Part shown: piece by piece, positions 11,963 to 24,503 of the stretch | Layout of the letters: each line of letters begins with the position of its first letter | Numbering within the stretch: the first letter of the stretch is position 1 | From: Rhynchopus sp. YZ270_cl-10 | Lineage: Eukaryota | Direction: 5' to 3' | Length of the DNA stretch: 64,000 bases | NCBI GenBank assembly: GCA_964035575.1 | Contig: OZ037838.1 | Span: forward strand, 868,001 to 932,000 | Made by a program: the position numbers and the translations under genes | Notes under the pieces: model-generated | Database searches by the model: none | What the model was told of the DNA's origin: nothing | The model's input: the letters and a program-made list of their open reading frames with translations, nothing else

Positions 11963-12099
11963 CACAACGGGACCCAGTGACAAGTGACAAGTGAAATGAC
12001 AAATAAATCACTTGTCATGACAAGTGACTTTTTTGAGTGACAAGTGACAAGTGAAATGACATGTGATTTCACTTGTCACTTGTCACTGGGTCCGTCGTG
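11963..12099. mobile_element. 137-bp MITE with CA..TG termini and TGACAAG repeats
   Basis: TIR CAC(A/G)ACGG(G)ACCCAGTGACAAGTGACAAGTGAAAT; flanks TCCTC(CTC), so TSD length (5 or 8 bp) is ambiguous inside a TCC microsatellite. Confidence 0.85.
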
Positions 12100-12177
12100 T
12101 CCTCCTCATCATCCTTTCCATTTGACACAGAAAAGGGGATTTTTTTCTCCCCTCCCTCCGAGAAGGACACACTAACA

Positions 12178-12426
12178 ATGGCAGCGAGGCGCACCGTGGA
12201 GGTACTAGAGAAGCTAGTGTCATCGACCGCATACCTGAAGGTCAAGGCGGACCATCAATTGCTGCTGTACACAGCAATGAGGGTATCCACGCTGACCAGG
12301 CCGGCCTCTAGGGAGCTGCGCAACCTCATTACGGAGCACGAAGTGCACATTCGCGACCTCGACAGAACGCTTGAGGGGTACAAATTTGAACTCATTGAGC
12401 ACTACGTGTACGCCGATAGTGTCAGG
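12178..12426 (+). CDS. Probable first exon (83 codons), possibly of the RibD_C-like gene
   Basis: ATG after polypyrimidine tract, coding-like composition, ends at AGG|GTATGT donor in phase 0, compatible with the acceptor at 16040. Confidence 0.5.
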
Positions 12427-12640
12427 GTATGTTGCCTTACCGGGGGGGGGGTGTAAAATTGTCGTTTTTTTCTTTTAGTAAACACGTAGTATTTGACAAA
12501 ATGCTCGAGACCCTCGTGAAAAGTCGCGCGTTCGGCGTATCCACCTCCCCGCTTGTTTTCCCCCTCTCTTTCCCCCCTGTGCTCCACAACATTTTCTGTA
12601 CTTCAGGAAAAACACATTCAAACCGTAAATCTGCGTATTT

Positions 12641-13495
12641 CACGTATGGCAAATGATAATTTATTATGAGATCTCATAATAAATTATGAGATCATTATGC
12701 GCTATTATGCGCGCTCATAATAATCGCATAATGCATAATAGCGCATAATAGCACATAATAGCACATAATAGCGCATAATGATTATGCGCTATTATGTGCT
12801 CATTATGTGCTCATTATGTGCCCTACCCCAATGCCCCAAACCAGAAAATACCACCCTCAGATGTCCAAAAATCCATCTGCGCCCGGTTTTGAGCAGTTTT
12901 GAGCCTCAAGAAGCCCCGTATCTGCTTTTTTCAAAAATGTACATACAACTTGTACCTGCCCACCCCTCGTAGATAGAGCAACTCACACATCCATCACGCC
13001 TCAGTGTGAGCCAGGGGCCAGAAAAGCCCCCAAAGCCACATATTTTCACCCCAGAACCTATCCCGAGGGGTACCCAGGCGGTTTCGGGGTGTTTAGAGGG
13101 ACTTGGTGGAACTTAGAACCATGTTTCAAAAAGTGTCAAGCACCTGGTACCAAAGGTTTTCCCACCCAAGGTATCTTAAGCCGTCAAAAAACGTGAAGTA
13201 GGTAATAAATCAAAGAAACCCCCCTGAAGTCAATAAAAACCACACCATAGGCCCATTTGTACCCCAAAAATCGAATTCCGCCCGGTTTTGGGCACTTTTG
13301 ACCACTTCTGAGCGACTTTTTTTGGGTGGGGGGGTGGGGGGTACGGCACATAATGAGCGCATAACGCCGCATAATTGGCGCATAATAGCGCATAATAGCA
13401 CATAATAGCACATAATAGCACATAATAGCGCATAATATCACATGTATTATGAGATCTCATAATAGCGCATAATATATTATCATTTGCCATACGTG
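12641..13495. mobile_element. Non-autonomous DNA transposon, CA..TG termini, 6-bp TSD GTATTT
   Basis: TIR CACGTATGGCAAATGATAAT(T/A)TATTATG; GTATTT at 12635-12640 and 13496-13501; subterminal CATAATAGC(G/A) arrays. Confidence 0.88.
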
Positions 13496-14171
13496 GTATT
13501 TACCGTTATCAAGTCGAAAAGAAAAGAAAGAAAAAAATGTGGAAGCGAACAACAAACAACCTAAATTTTTCCTCTTCCCGTTTTTATCCTTTTGAGCAAC
13601 AAGCAAAGAGTAACGAGTCTCTCGAGCATTTTTCTTGTTGTTGTAAAAGTTGTGTAAAAGAGTGTGTTGCAGACATTATGTCAGTGTAGTGCCTCATCCT
13701 GTGCTCTGCTGGCAGAATACTGCCCCTGATCACCCCAGATTTCAGATTTTTTTTTTTTTGCAACTGACACACTGGAGAGGCCCTGGCCAAACATGGAGTG
13801 TTAGGGGAAATATATTCGTCGCACAGATAGATCAGAGACCCCACCCGATATGTTTTTCATTGTGGAAGCGTGCAATGCAACAAACGGTCGAGATCTCATC
13901 AAGCGAAACGGATATTTTTTTTCTCCCCCCCCACGGTGGAGTCTGACCAGCTTGGATTGAGTACAATCCGGACTCGACTCAGGATCCGGCCAGACGGACT
14001 CAGGGGTCCGCCCGACCGGCCCCCAGACCACGAAAAAGTACCACGCTCTAGCCCTCTGTTTGTGGGGTAGTAGGCGTCCAAAAAAGGAGTGTAAAAAAAA
14101 GTAGTTAAAATGTATTGTAAAAAAAGGGGGGGGTAAAATTTTTTTTCTCCACCTACGTGGGGAAAAATTTC

Positions 14172-14230
14172 CACACATTGGGTCCATATTCTGCGCAAGA
14201 ATTACCCCTTATTGGTTATCAGACACACAC
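14172..14230 (+). repeat. Short repeat family R9 (ACACATTGGG.CCATATTCTGCGCAAGAATTACCC..TTATCA.ACACAC); copies ~51579-51632 (+) and ~63270-63320 (-)
   Basis: Direct comparison of three copies. Confidence 0.75.
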
Positions 14231-16040
14231 AACCCACCCACCCTTTCCCACAGGAGAAGAGGAAGAACAAGAGACGCAGAGGCAAAAACAAAGACAAAGA
14301 CAGTGACAAAGATAAAGACAAAAGCAAAGACAAAGCAAAGCGGTCTAAAGCACTAGCATCAGCAGCATGATTGAGGTTGATGTTCTCAGACCGCCCCCTT
14401 ATAACGAAAACGCTTAGAGGGGCTTGGAGTCGTCTGACAAAAGCTGTTTCTGTTTTTTCTCTCTTTTTTTTTTTTTGAGCGGAAAGTGCCACGTCGTTTA
14501 GCCACCCAACCGTGCTCCGCAACAGGTGAGATTAGTGTTGAAGCGTCAACGCATCAAACAACTACAAGAAGGGGGGGTGAGGGAACGACACGTGACACTT
14601 TTTTGCCAGTATCTGTATGACTATCCAGCTTTCAATTAATGGCAAATGTGTTTTTGTTCAAAACGCAGACGCCACTCTGCTTCTTCTTTTGCACATTACA
14701 GTACTCCAAAAAGAAAAAGGAAATACAGTCATCCAACAAAGGTTGGTGGGGGGGTAAAAACCCACCAAATTTTTTCGAGCCCCCAAATCCACCAATATTT
14801 TTACCCCCACCAACCTTTGTTGGATGACCGTAGTGGAGTTCATCCTCGGGTGTCTACACTAAATACAACCATGTTTTCAAGAGGAAAAAAAAAAAACTTG
14901 GTGTTCAAGTAGGTTTGAGGATTTTGAGAGTGATTTGGCGTCCTTTTTTTTCCCCAAACATTTTTTGGTACTGTACGACTTAGAGTTAATTTCGCGTTAA
15001 CGTCTCCCACTTTTCTCTGAACCGCCAGGGGGGGGTAAAAAAAAATGGCGCTCGAACCTGCGGAGTTCGCGAAAAGAATAGAATCATGATGGTTTTTTGA
15101 CCATCTTTCTTGGCGAAACGATTTCTGAAAAATAAAAAGACAGATTTTTTTCTTTCTTCCATCCTTCCTACAAACAACTCCCCCTCCCCCCCCAAACAAA
15201 ATAAAATAGAAAAAGGATTCTGCCACCTACTGCAAAGCGTACTCCTTCTATTTGCTCTCTTTTAAGGATCCTGTGAAGAAAAAACCGTGGTTGCTATCTA
15301 GTGATAGTAGTCTAAAATCAAACAAAATTTTTCTTCCATTCTCCTACAACCTAATTACATTTCTGGTACCCCAGAAATCCAAAATACCAACGCAACAACT
15401 ACGCACTAAGTACGCAAGAAGTGCGCAATATGGGGTCGTCAGGAGCACCAAAAAAAAAAATTTTTTTTTTTTGTCAACTTCATCGAATATCTCCTCTTCC
15501 TCTGCTATCAGTTGTTGGATGCATATGGTGAAATACATTTCATCATATTCCCCTGTCTACACTCCATCGCTACCTATCCATGTGTACTGTCCCAAAGCCT
15601 TCTCTTTAAGGCGCACCCCACAGCTCTTAACAAAACATCCTTCTCAATCGTGGCTGCAATCTACAGTAAGACACCAAACATCGGGTTAAACACCCTCCTT
15701 AGAGCTTGGAAATTCCAAAAATACACCTTAGTTTTTACCCCGGTGTTTTTTTTTTTTTACCCCACCTATGTTTTTATCCGTCGCCCAGTTTTTACGTACT
15801 CGCCTACACTATGCACATGCTCGAACACGTCGTCGTACGTGCCAAAATTACGAACTCCGGCTGGGGAAATGACATCATCCTGACAACAAACTTGGAGAAG
15901 CCAGCGCAGCTGATGCTGTGCGATATCGAATATGATAAGGTGACTAATCACGAGAGGCTTAGGGTCATCTTATAAACCTTTCTTTTATCTCACCGTTTGT
16001 TGTCTTACAGTCTGTAATCAAACAAAACCTTTTTTTTTAG

Positions 16041-16916
16041 GTGCGCCCCACAATGCTACGATACCACAATGGCATTCGCAGTATTGCACGCACCGCAGAC
16101 GTAACTGCCACGCTGGATTTACTATACGGTACATACCGATGGGGGCGGCAACCTGGTGTTGTGCACATCGCCGCAACGTTATCCTTCGACCACGCAACCA
16201 CCACCCCCACCACCCCTTTGGACAAAACCCACACCCGCTTCTCCCCCCTCCGTCACAACCTCCTCATCAACGAACACACCCCCCACAACCCCTACGATTC
16301 TTTTGCCCTAGCGGCAGCCCGCGCAGCCTCTGACGTCATCGTCACCACCGGCCGCATTCTCCGCAACGAACCACACTGCGCCGACAGCCCTCTCAGCAAT
16401 ACCCCACGCCTCGACGCCCTTCTCGCCAAATGGCGGGCATCCCTTGGCCTAGGGGACCCCGTGTTATGTGTGTTAACGTCAGGAGAGGACCTCCCGGTGG
16501 ATCATAAGGTGTTTCAACAGAAAGTAATAGTGTTTTGCCCTGAGGAGGCTGCAGCAAAGGTGGCGGTGGAGTTGCCAGACGCGGAGGTGGTGGGGAAGGA
16601 GAAGCTGGATGTGGCCGCAGTGGTGGCGGGGCTGCGGCAAATGGGGTTTCGACGTATTCTCATTGAGGCAGGTCCGAGCACCTCCTCTGGGCTGTACTCC
16701 GCAGGCCTGGTGGACCTGCTGCTTCTCACCACCATGCATCCCAATAAAAGCACCCCAAAGAGCACACTAAACCTCTACACCGGCGAGCCCTTTCACAGCC
16801 AGGACACACTCTGCCGGACGCTCCCGTACACACACGGTGCAAACCTCCTTTGTGGGAAAGACGTGCCAACCGAAGATAGCTGGTATTTCCAGGCTTTCTC
16901 TGCTACAAATGCCTAG
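16041..16916 (+). CDS. RibD C-terminal/dihydrofolate-reductase-like domain protein (terminal exon, or whole gene from ATG 16053)
   Basis: Motifs 'ARAASDVIVTTGRILRNEP', 'CVLTSG', 'GFRRILIEAGPS..LYSAGLVDLLLLT' fit the RibD_C fold; preceded by TTTTTTTTAG acceptor. Confidence 0.75.
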   Translation: MRPTMLRYHNGIRSIARTADVTATLDLLYGTYRWGRQPGVVHIAATLSFDHATTTPTTPLDKTHTRFSPLRHNLLINEHTPHNPYDSFALAAARAASDVIVTTGRILRNEPHCADSPLSNTPRLDALLAKWRASLGLGDPVLCVLTSGEDLPVDHKVFQQKVIVFCPEEAAAKVAVELPDAEVVGKEKLDVAAVVAGLRQMGFRRILIEAGPSTSSGLYSAGLVDLLLLTTMHPNKSTPKSTLNLYTGEPFHSQDTLCRTLPYTHGANLLCGKDVPTEDSWYFQAFSATNA

Positions 16917-16975
16917 GGGGGGTACAGGGGCGGGGTTGAGGTGAGGGGTTTGTGTTGGGAGTGGGAGGCGCAGCG

Positions 16976-17065
16976 CAGCTGAGAATAAGACTCGGGGGAC
17001 CCGGAACCGAGGAGGTTATTGTCAGCCGGACTGGGCCAGGGAGGACCCCAGCTTATTCTCAGCTG
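16976..17065. mobile_element. ~90-bp inverted-repeat mini-element
   Basis: 14-bp perfect IR CAGCTGAGAATAAG at both ends; TSD unclear. Confidence 0.55.
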
Positions 17066-18765
17066 TGGGGGTGAGGGGGTTTGTTGTATTGGGGCAAGGG
17101 GTTTTACTCAGGGGGGGTAGGTCAAAGATGGAGACCTCGTAGTGAAGGTAGGACTGCATGGTGCATCGGTCAAAAAGGTACACTACTGGAGGGCTTTGTA
17201 TTTTTAGTCAATCTTTGGTCTCTCGGAGGGGTAGATGAACTGAGGAAGGTGGGGAGATGATGCAGGTGGTGCATCGTCTGTGTGGGATTCTGTGGGAGGG
17301 GAGGGGGAGGGGGGGAAAAGGGGTGGGGCGATGTACCTACGATGCTGATAGGTTGTGCCTGCTCATCTATGGCATGCTTGGGTGCAATATCAAAAGCCTT
17401 TCCGCCGAGCTGTTGGGTGGGGTGGGGAAGGCGGTTGTTGTGGGTGTATCTTTCTCCGTCGATAGACCCGGGGTTCTATCTCAACAGAGGAGACACGGCT
17501 GTGGGGTCCACGAGGAGGGGTGGAGGTGGGGCAATGTCGCAGCATAGTGCCATCTGTTGGTCAGCATACGCGAACTCATGCAACGATATGCACCACAGAT
17601 GCAATGCTTCCCTATGAGTGTTTTGTGTTCTCTCTTCCAGTGGTTGCCATCCGCGCATCACACAGGATCACATGACATACCCCCACATCGATGATTTTTT
17701 CCCCCGGACAATCAAGGTATACCTCGTTTCCCTCCGCAAGCTTCAGGGTTATTGGAGTTTTTGAGGTTTATTGAGGGTGTACTGATCCTTATAAAGCACT
17801 CGGAATTACCTTTTGTCACGACGTGCGTAATGTCATGACGAATCCATGGTGTAGATGGAGACGTTGCGCAAGGAGGACCGGCAAAGGGTGGAGGGGGGCG
17901 GAGGCTGATTTTTTCTCTTCTTCTTGTGACATTGCTTTCGGGGATGCACTTCACACTCCATGCTTGAGGTGCCCGCTCTCCTCGGATGGGCGCTTGGGAT
18001 GGGGGTTGTGGTGGACAGTCATCATTACGATGCTGCTAGGCGTATGACGTCCATCATAGTGTGTGATGTACATCTTCTGCCGTCAGCATGGAAGGCAGCC
18101 TCATCAAGCTCGGTGAGGAGACCACTGGGCTCCTTCGTCATGGTGGTCGCCTTCTCTCCTTGATGCGGCGCACCGCTACTCCGTGCTCTGTGTGTGTGCG
18201 GTCTGTGTCTGGTTGGCGCTTATGTCCACAAAGAAGAGTTTTCGATTTGGGTTGTCTTCGATCTCCCTTTCGTAGAGAGGGTGAGTCAGGGCACGTCGAA
18301 AGGATGACAGACTGTGCCAAGCTCTGTGCGATCCACATGGCACACCAGGGGGTTGGCAGTGTCTGCTTTGCTCATTCTTTTGGGGGTGTTGTGCGTTCTG
18401 TGTCTGCACTGCAGATGCATTTTACACACAACTTTCTAGTCCAGCCAACGCTTTGATCTGAGCCTTTCGAGATAAGAAGCTCTCATCCATTTGACAGACT
18501 TTCTCTTTTTTTTTGCATTTTCCTAGGTCAAAAAACGACGATGCTGTCTTCTTCCGCACTGCATCGAAGGAGGGGGAGATATGCCTGCAAAAAGAGTGGA
18601 GCGCATCCTCGGGTGTCACCACCTACACCTAACACTAAACACACAAAACCGCTTGCTGCCCCCTTTTTTCCTTCACGGAAAACGAACCTTTTTGTGTAAT
18701 CCATCCCCATCCCCAACCCCCAACCCCCATCTCCCCCCCCTTTCAGAGCTCCCCCTCTTCATTCA

Positions 18766-20135
18766 ATGGGGAAGCGTGGTAGGGATGAGGAGACGCCTGT
18801 AGAGGTGGCGTGCCTTCCGATAGCATCAGATTCTGGTGAGAGTGACGATGAGGACGGCCCGCAGATGGACGCCTTCGCGTACATCAGGAACGTGAGAAAG
18901 GAAGCCAAGAGACTCAATGGGACAGTCGTCGCAGCGAATCGTGACGAGGTCATGCAGGCACCCATGGAAACACTTGAGACACGTGAACCTCTTATCAATG
19001 AGTATATGGTGCCAAAACGGTGCTGGCGGCAGCAGGTTGTGCAGCAGTTCATCTCGCTTCGGAAAGATTATAGAGAAAGCGTGAAGGTAGGGGTGTCCTC
19101 TGTTATGCCACCGAAGGGTCGCGTTACGCACGAATGGAAGAAGTTCACCTTTGCGGGGGAAGGGGTAGAGCCTACCCTAGGGGTGCTCCAGGCGTTGGAC
19201 CAGGTCACATTGTCGTGGCTGGTGGTGTGCCATAAGAATTGGTTGTGCAACTCGCCGAACAGTGCAGAAAATGCGCCTGCAGGGTTGACGGCGAAGAGCA
19301 GCCATCTCTACAATATGGCCTGCCAGGCAGTGGGGAAAGGGGCTGGGCGCGCAGGGTCGCTGTCGTGGATATATGCCATCCTCACTAGCATTGTCGAACC
19401 CCTCGTTCCTGCAGACCAGACGGCCCTCGCTGAGCTTCTCCAAACACTCTGTCAGTTGTGGAAGCAGGTATGCTATTTTTTTAGGTGACTTAAAAAGAGG
19501 CTTAAAGGGAAATAAGGTCGTTTTGCATAACTTTTTTTGTAGTCTTTTTTAGAGTAACCCTCGTGCATTTTTTGGAAAACGTGGTTTAGGGAACGATCAA
19601 GTACGATATGGTACGATCGTATTTCATTTCCTAACCCAACAACGATAAAGCGTAAAGGATTAGGAGAGGATGTGAGTGGTAACCGCTCTGCTAATTCTCC
19701 TGACAGTATGCAACCAAGTAGTGATTACCCAAATCTACAAAAAAAAATATAGATATAGAACGCGCGTTGACGTGCGTGGTGGGTTCTCTGACAGGTTTCT
19801 GACGGCGTGGGAACTCGCTTTTCCGCAATTTTCTGCGCAATGCCGCGCGTATGACGTGGACACAGCGTACCAACTAAACAAGAGGACGAACGGGGTTACT
19901 ATTACAGCACCCCCTTTTTTTTGCGTAGAAACCACACAATATCTCTTTTACACAGATTGAGTCTTGGGGATGGATCAGCAGATGGTCTTCGTACACCGAG
20001 AGCACAGCGGAGCACATCCCTGTGCCTGAAGGGCTGGATGCGGAAGCACTTGAAGGAGGCATTGCTGTGGTTGTCACCATTGTCCACGAGTACTTCAAGC
20101 AGTGCGACCCCGAGCTTCTCTGGGCACGCGGCTGA
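18766..20135 (+). CDS. GEMIN2: Gemin2/SIP1 (SMN complex); exons 18766-19467 and 19956-20135
   Basis: 'DAFAYIRNVRKEA', 'W.QQVVQQFISLR', 'PTLGVLQALDQ', 'WIYAILTSIVEPL'. The CAG|GTATGC..TTTTACACAG| intron joins in frame to 'IAVVVTIVHEYFKQCD', the expected Gemin2 C-terminal motif. Confidence 0.85.
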
Positions 20136-20575
20136 ACAGACGCACTATAGACCTCAATATTTTTAGGTCCTTTTGCTGTCATGCCTGCTGTTGCTTCCTA
20201 TGGAAAGAGGTCATCCTTGTCTGTCCTCAGACCCAAGGGATAGGCAACGTTCAGCGGAAACAAACGCTTCTGAGAAAACGGCATTCCAGCCGTTTGTGTG
20301 TTTCTCCTTTGGCGCAATCTAGCCGAGGTTTGCCGTAGGGCTGGGGGGTGAGGGGTAGTGGGGGGGAAAGGAGGGGGGGCGCGCTAGGAAAAATATAAAA
20401 GTTTTTTTTTTCGCAGTCCAAACAAAGAAATATTACCTTTGTATTTTTCTCCACCTCCATCACCTCCATCACCTCCCTCCCACCAACAACAACCAGGAAC
20501 GAAAAAAACGCAAACCTAACACACGAGAAGAGACGCGCCTCCCCAACACACCACACACACCCCCCTCCCCACCCG

Positions 20576-23047
20576 ATGCCTGACGGGGGCCAGCCGCTCG
20601 GGGGGGTCCCCCCAGAAGCAGCGATCAACTGCGACGATGATGACAGTACGTCTGAGGGCATGATTCCACTTCCGCCACATGCGGTCCCTCTCCCCTCTTC
20701 TGCAGGGCGAACAGGGGAGACACAAAGTCTAGGAAAGAAGCCAACTGGGGCACGACGGCGGGGAAGGTCTGAGTTCGAAGGCACCACCACCACGACTACT
20801 ACTGCTCCTCCTCCTTCTGCTTCTGCCCCCGCCCCTCCCGCCCCTCCCGCAGCTGCAGAGAACAACAACGCACCCCCAACAACAACAACACCGAACGCGG
20901 CTCTTCCTCGCCCATCGAAACGGGCTCGGACAGTCTCGGATAAAGCAACACCCGCAGCGGCAACAACAGCGACAACAGCAACAACAGAAACAGCAGCAGC
21001 GCCAACAGCAACGGCAGCAGCGGAAAACGAAGCCACCCAGGCCATCACAAAGTCCATGAACGGCCACCCCTTTCTGATCCACAGAGGCGATGAGATCTTT
21101 CTGGCCGCATCTCCACAGAACCCCACCGCACTGAGCGGGATGTTCACACACCTGAACCGCCACCGCCACGTTGCAGAGACGTACGAGGCATGGGACCCGC
21201 TGGTGACAGCACTGTGCGAAGAGGAGGGCGTGCCTGGATGCGAGGTGGCACCCTCCTTCGTCGTGCGCCTGCGCCTCAACGACAACACACACAAGCTCTT
21301 CCGCAACCAGCAGCTCCAGACGCAGGCGCCCTACAACGTCTGGTACTCCCCACGGCATGACACCAAAACACCGTCCCTCCATCTTGCCCTCCGCAGGACA
21401 GTTTCCCTCCATTCCCACCAGGAAGAAGCCCTGGGCCGTGTGGTCCGGCACGGGTTTGCTGGATCTGGATGTATTGTGCTTCCTTGTGGTTCCGGGAAGA
21501 CGCTGACCGGCATCGCTCTTGCTTGTAAGGTAAACAAAAGCACGCTGGTGGTGTGCAACTCCCTGACCTCTGTTGCGCAGTGGCAAGCCGCGTTTGAGCA
21601 GTTCTGCGAAACGCGGCCGGGTTTTAATCTTGGGATTTTTTCTCTCAAACACAAAACCCCAACTGACTGTAACATGATTCTCACTACGTACAGCATCATG
21701 GCCGCGGACCGAGGGATGGCGCAAAAGAGCAATTTCGGCCGCCTCACGCTTGAAACCAAGACCTGGGGCCTCATTCTCCTTGACGAAGTGCATTGCGTGC
21801 CTACAGCAACGTTTCAGAAGTCTCTAGGGAAGCTTCGCGCAAAGTGCATTGTTGGGTTAACAGCGACACCGCTGCGTGAGGATACGAAGCTGGGGGACCT
21901 GCCGTTTTTGATCTCCCCTGTCACCTTCTTTGAAGAGGCGTCCTGGGAGCGGCTCACGAATGCAGGCTTTCTTGCTAGGGTACAGTGTGTTGAGGTGATG
22001 TGCTCTCAAGACGAGACCTGCACTGCACGGATCCAAGCTGTACGCGACGCTCGCCAAGGGGCCGTCAAACGCGAGCTTATCACAACCGCGAACCCTTCCA
22101 AACTACGATGCTGCCACACCCTGATGCTCTTCCACGAAAACCAAGGTGACAAAGTGCTCATCTTCTGCGACTCCATATACGTTCTTAACTTCCTCGGCAC
22201 AGCGCTAGACCGCCCGGTCATCCAAGGTGCTACAAAGGACGACGCCAAGATTGACATCCTCAACGCCTTTCGCGTCAAGCAAGGTGGTGCCACCATCCTC
22301 TTCTCGCGTGTGGGGGACACCTCGATTGATCTGCCCGAGGCCAACGTTATTATCGAGGTTGGCGCGCACTTCGGATCACGTTGTCAAGAAACGCAACGGT
22401 TTGGTCGTGTCTCCCGTCCAAAAGTCACCCACCCCCAAGCGGACCCACTAGGCCCGCAGGCCTTCTTCTACAGTATGTTGACCAGCGGTACGGACGAAGT
22501 GAAGTACGGCAACAGACGCCGCATGTTCCTTGTGGAGAAAGGGTACAATTTTGCGGCAGTCAGCGGGGATGCGTTGATTGAGTACCACCTCGCGAACTCA
22601 AGCACGCCGCTCTGTTTGTCCACAGAGGAAGAAAAGGTATGGAAAAAAAGGGGGTATTCTTTTTTGTAAAAGTTGTGATGTTGGGGATACGATAAAAAAA
22701 AAACAAAACAAACAAGCGATTTGTGATCAAAACTTCGCAACAACGAGGTTCAGAGAAAAACACTGCTTTCCCCCACCTCCCCCCTTTTTGTTATATTTAG
22801 GTGTCACCTCTTAACTTACAAAGTTACTACAGTGAAATACAATACAAAACAAACAGAGTAGCAAAAAAAATAAAAGAGGCCTTTTTCGTGAGTGAACTTA
22901 TGGACAATTGTGGCAACACAACCGAGGCAACTACACTACTCCAACAATTTATCAAACAAAACAAACAAACTTTCAAAGCCCCTACCTTCTACCTTCTTAC
23001 AGAATGAAATGTACGACGGCGCCTCAAAGGCAAAGAGCAGACGTTAA
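20576..23047 (+). CDS. XPB: XPB/Ssl2/ERCC3-family SF2 DNA helicase; exon 20576-22636 and probable exon 23003-23047
   Basis: 'GCIVLPCGSGKTL', 'DEVH', 'GLTATPLRED', 'SRVGDTSIDLPEANV', 'GSRCQETQRFGRVSRPK'. AAG|GTATGG donor and CTTCTTACAG acceptor in phase 0 (unspliced ORF would end at 22669). Confidence 0.88.
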
Positions 23048-24503
23048 CGCACAGTTGAGAGATAAGACGGCCGAGCTCCACGGGTACCACCTACCCGCCC
23101 TATGTATTCATTTAATAGCGGTGAACTTTATTTGTGGTTGGGGGGTCCTGTGAAGAAAATAAAATCGTGGCTGCTATCTAGTGATAGTAGTCTAAGATCA
23201 AACAGAAATTGTTTTGTGTTCGGGCGTCTATTGTGGCACGTTCAGAAGCTTTTGGTGTGCATTTTAATACGAAGTCCATAAAATTGCCTTAATTTTAGGC
23301 GTGTTTCTTTTTTTGGGGAAAATTTTTTTATAGGTGACTTCCGAAGCTTTTGGGGGTGGGGTGAGAAAGCCATTCCTAAGGAAGGCCTTTTTCGACGCCT
23401 TTTTTTTACTCCTTTGTGTGGTTCTAGTTTTTTTGGGTGTTGTTGGACTGATGTCTTACATCTGTATGTGCACTGTGGACCTCTTGATCTAGCAATTCCC
23501 CCCCCGTAACCCATCGCAAATCATGTGTGAGTGTCTGGTGAAGCGTTTGCAATGTTCAGCTTCTCTTTACCTCAACTGCCATGCACAGGTTCTCTACTTG
23601 TGATATTGGGTTCTTGTTTTGTTGTTTTTGTGTACTTTCAACTTCCCTTTTTGTCCTGCAACAAACAGCTGTGGAGAAAAAAAATCGTGGATGCCATCCA
23701 GTGATAGAGGTCTTTTATCAAACAAAACTTTTTGTGTCCTGCAACAGAAAAATCTGGGCAGCGTCACCCCCACCCGAACAACCCTGTTTTTACACGACAA
23801 AGAGACCGGCCAAGTTTCAAACCCATAGTGTTCCTGTACGATAACCAAAGTCAAACAAGTGTGTGTGTGTGCAGGAGAGAGACATTCTGTCCAGGTATTC
23901 ACGGTGACTAAGGTATGAGCACAACGCGCACACTGATCTGAAATGTGACATAACAAAACATAACAAACCAAAATAAAACAAAACAAGATCGGACAAAAAC
24001 AAAATAAACGTTACGAACCAACTGGAAGCCCCTTCCCATTGCCTTTCTTTTCCCACCCCCTTTTTTCATGTCCTCGCGTTTCACCCGCAAAGATATTTCT
24101 GCAACTGCGGCTTCACTTTCCAGCTTGCCCCATGAAGTGGGTGTGGCCTTGTATTCCGTGGAGGCGGAAGAACTGGTGTGGTCGACAGAAGCCTGCGTCT
24201 TGCCACCACACACCTATCCAGTGATGGCAGATCTGCATCCACGAGCAAGACACCGCAGACCACCTTGTCGCAGCCGAACACCACATCGCCTCCCGCCAGG
24301 CCGCCCTCGTCGCCCTCTATACAGAGATGTGCGCCATGGTGAGACCTATTCATGTGCTCACTGCCGTTGGTTTTATCCTGTCGATATAAATAAATACCCC
24401 GCCCAAAACAGCTACCCTCTTTCCACGTGTCCACCCTCTCAGCTCCTTCAACTGTCCACCCAACAGAACATTAAATTGCATCACTAACACAGCTCTTGAA
24501 ACA

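Noticed and set aside
13931..14160. Possible CCACG..CGTGG mini-element
   Set aside because: Inverted match is short and gapped, and no TSD was found.
17200..18460. GC-richer stretch that might be a decayed minus-strand gene or retroelement
   Set aside because: No long frame and no motif I can recognise.
20251..21793. Long minus-strand ORFs (351 and 354 aa)
   Set aside because: Antisense shadows of the GC-rich, low-complexity XPB coding region.
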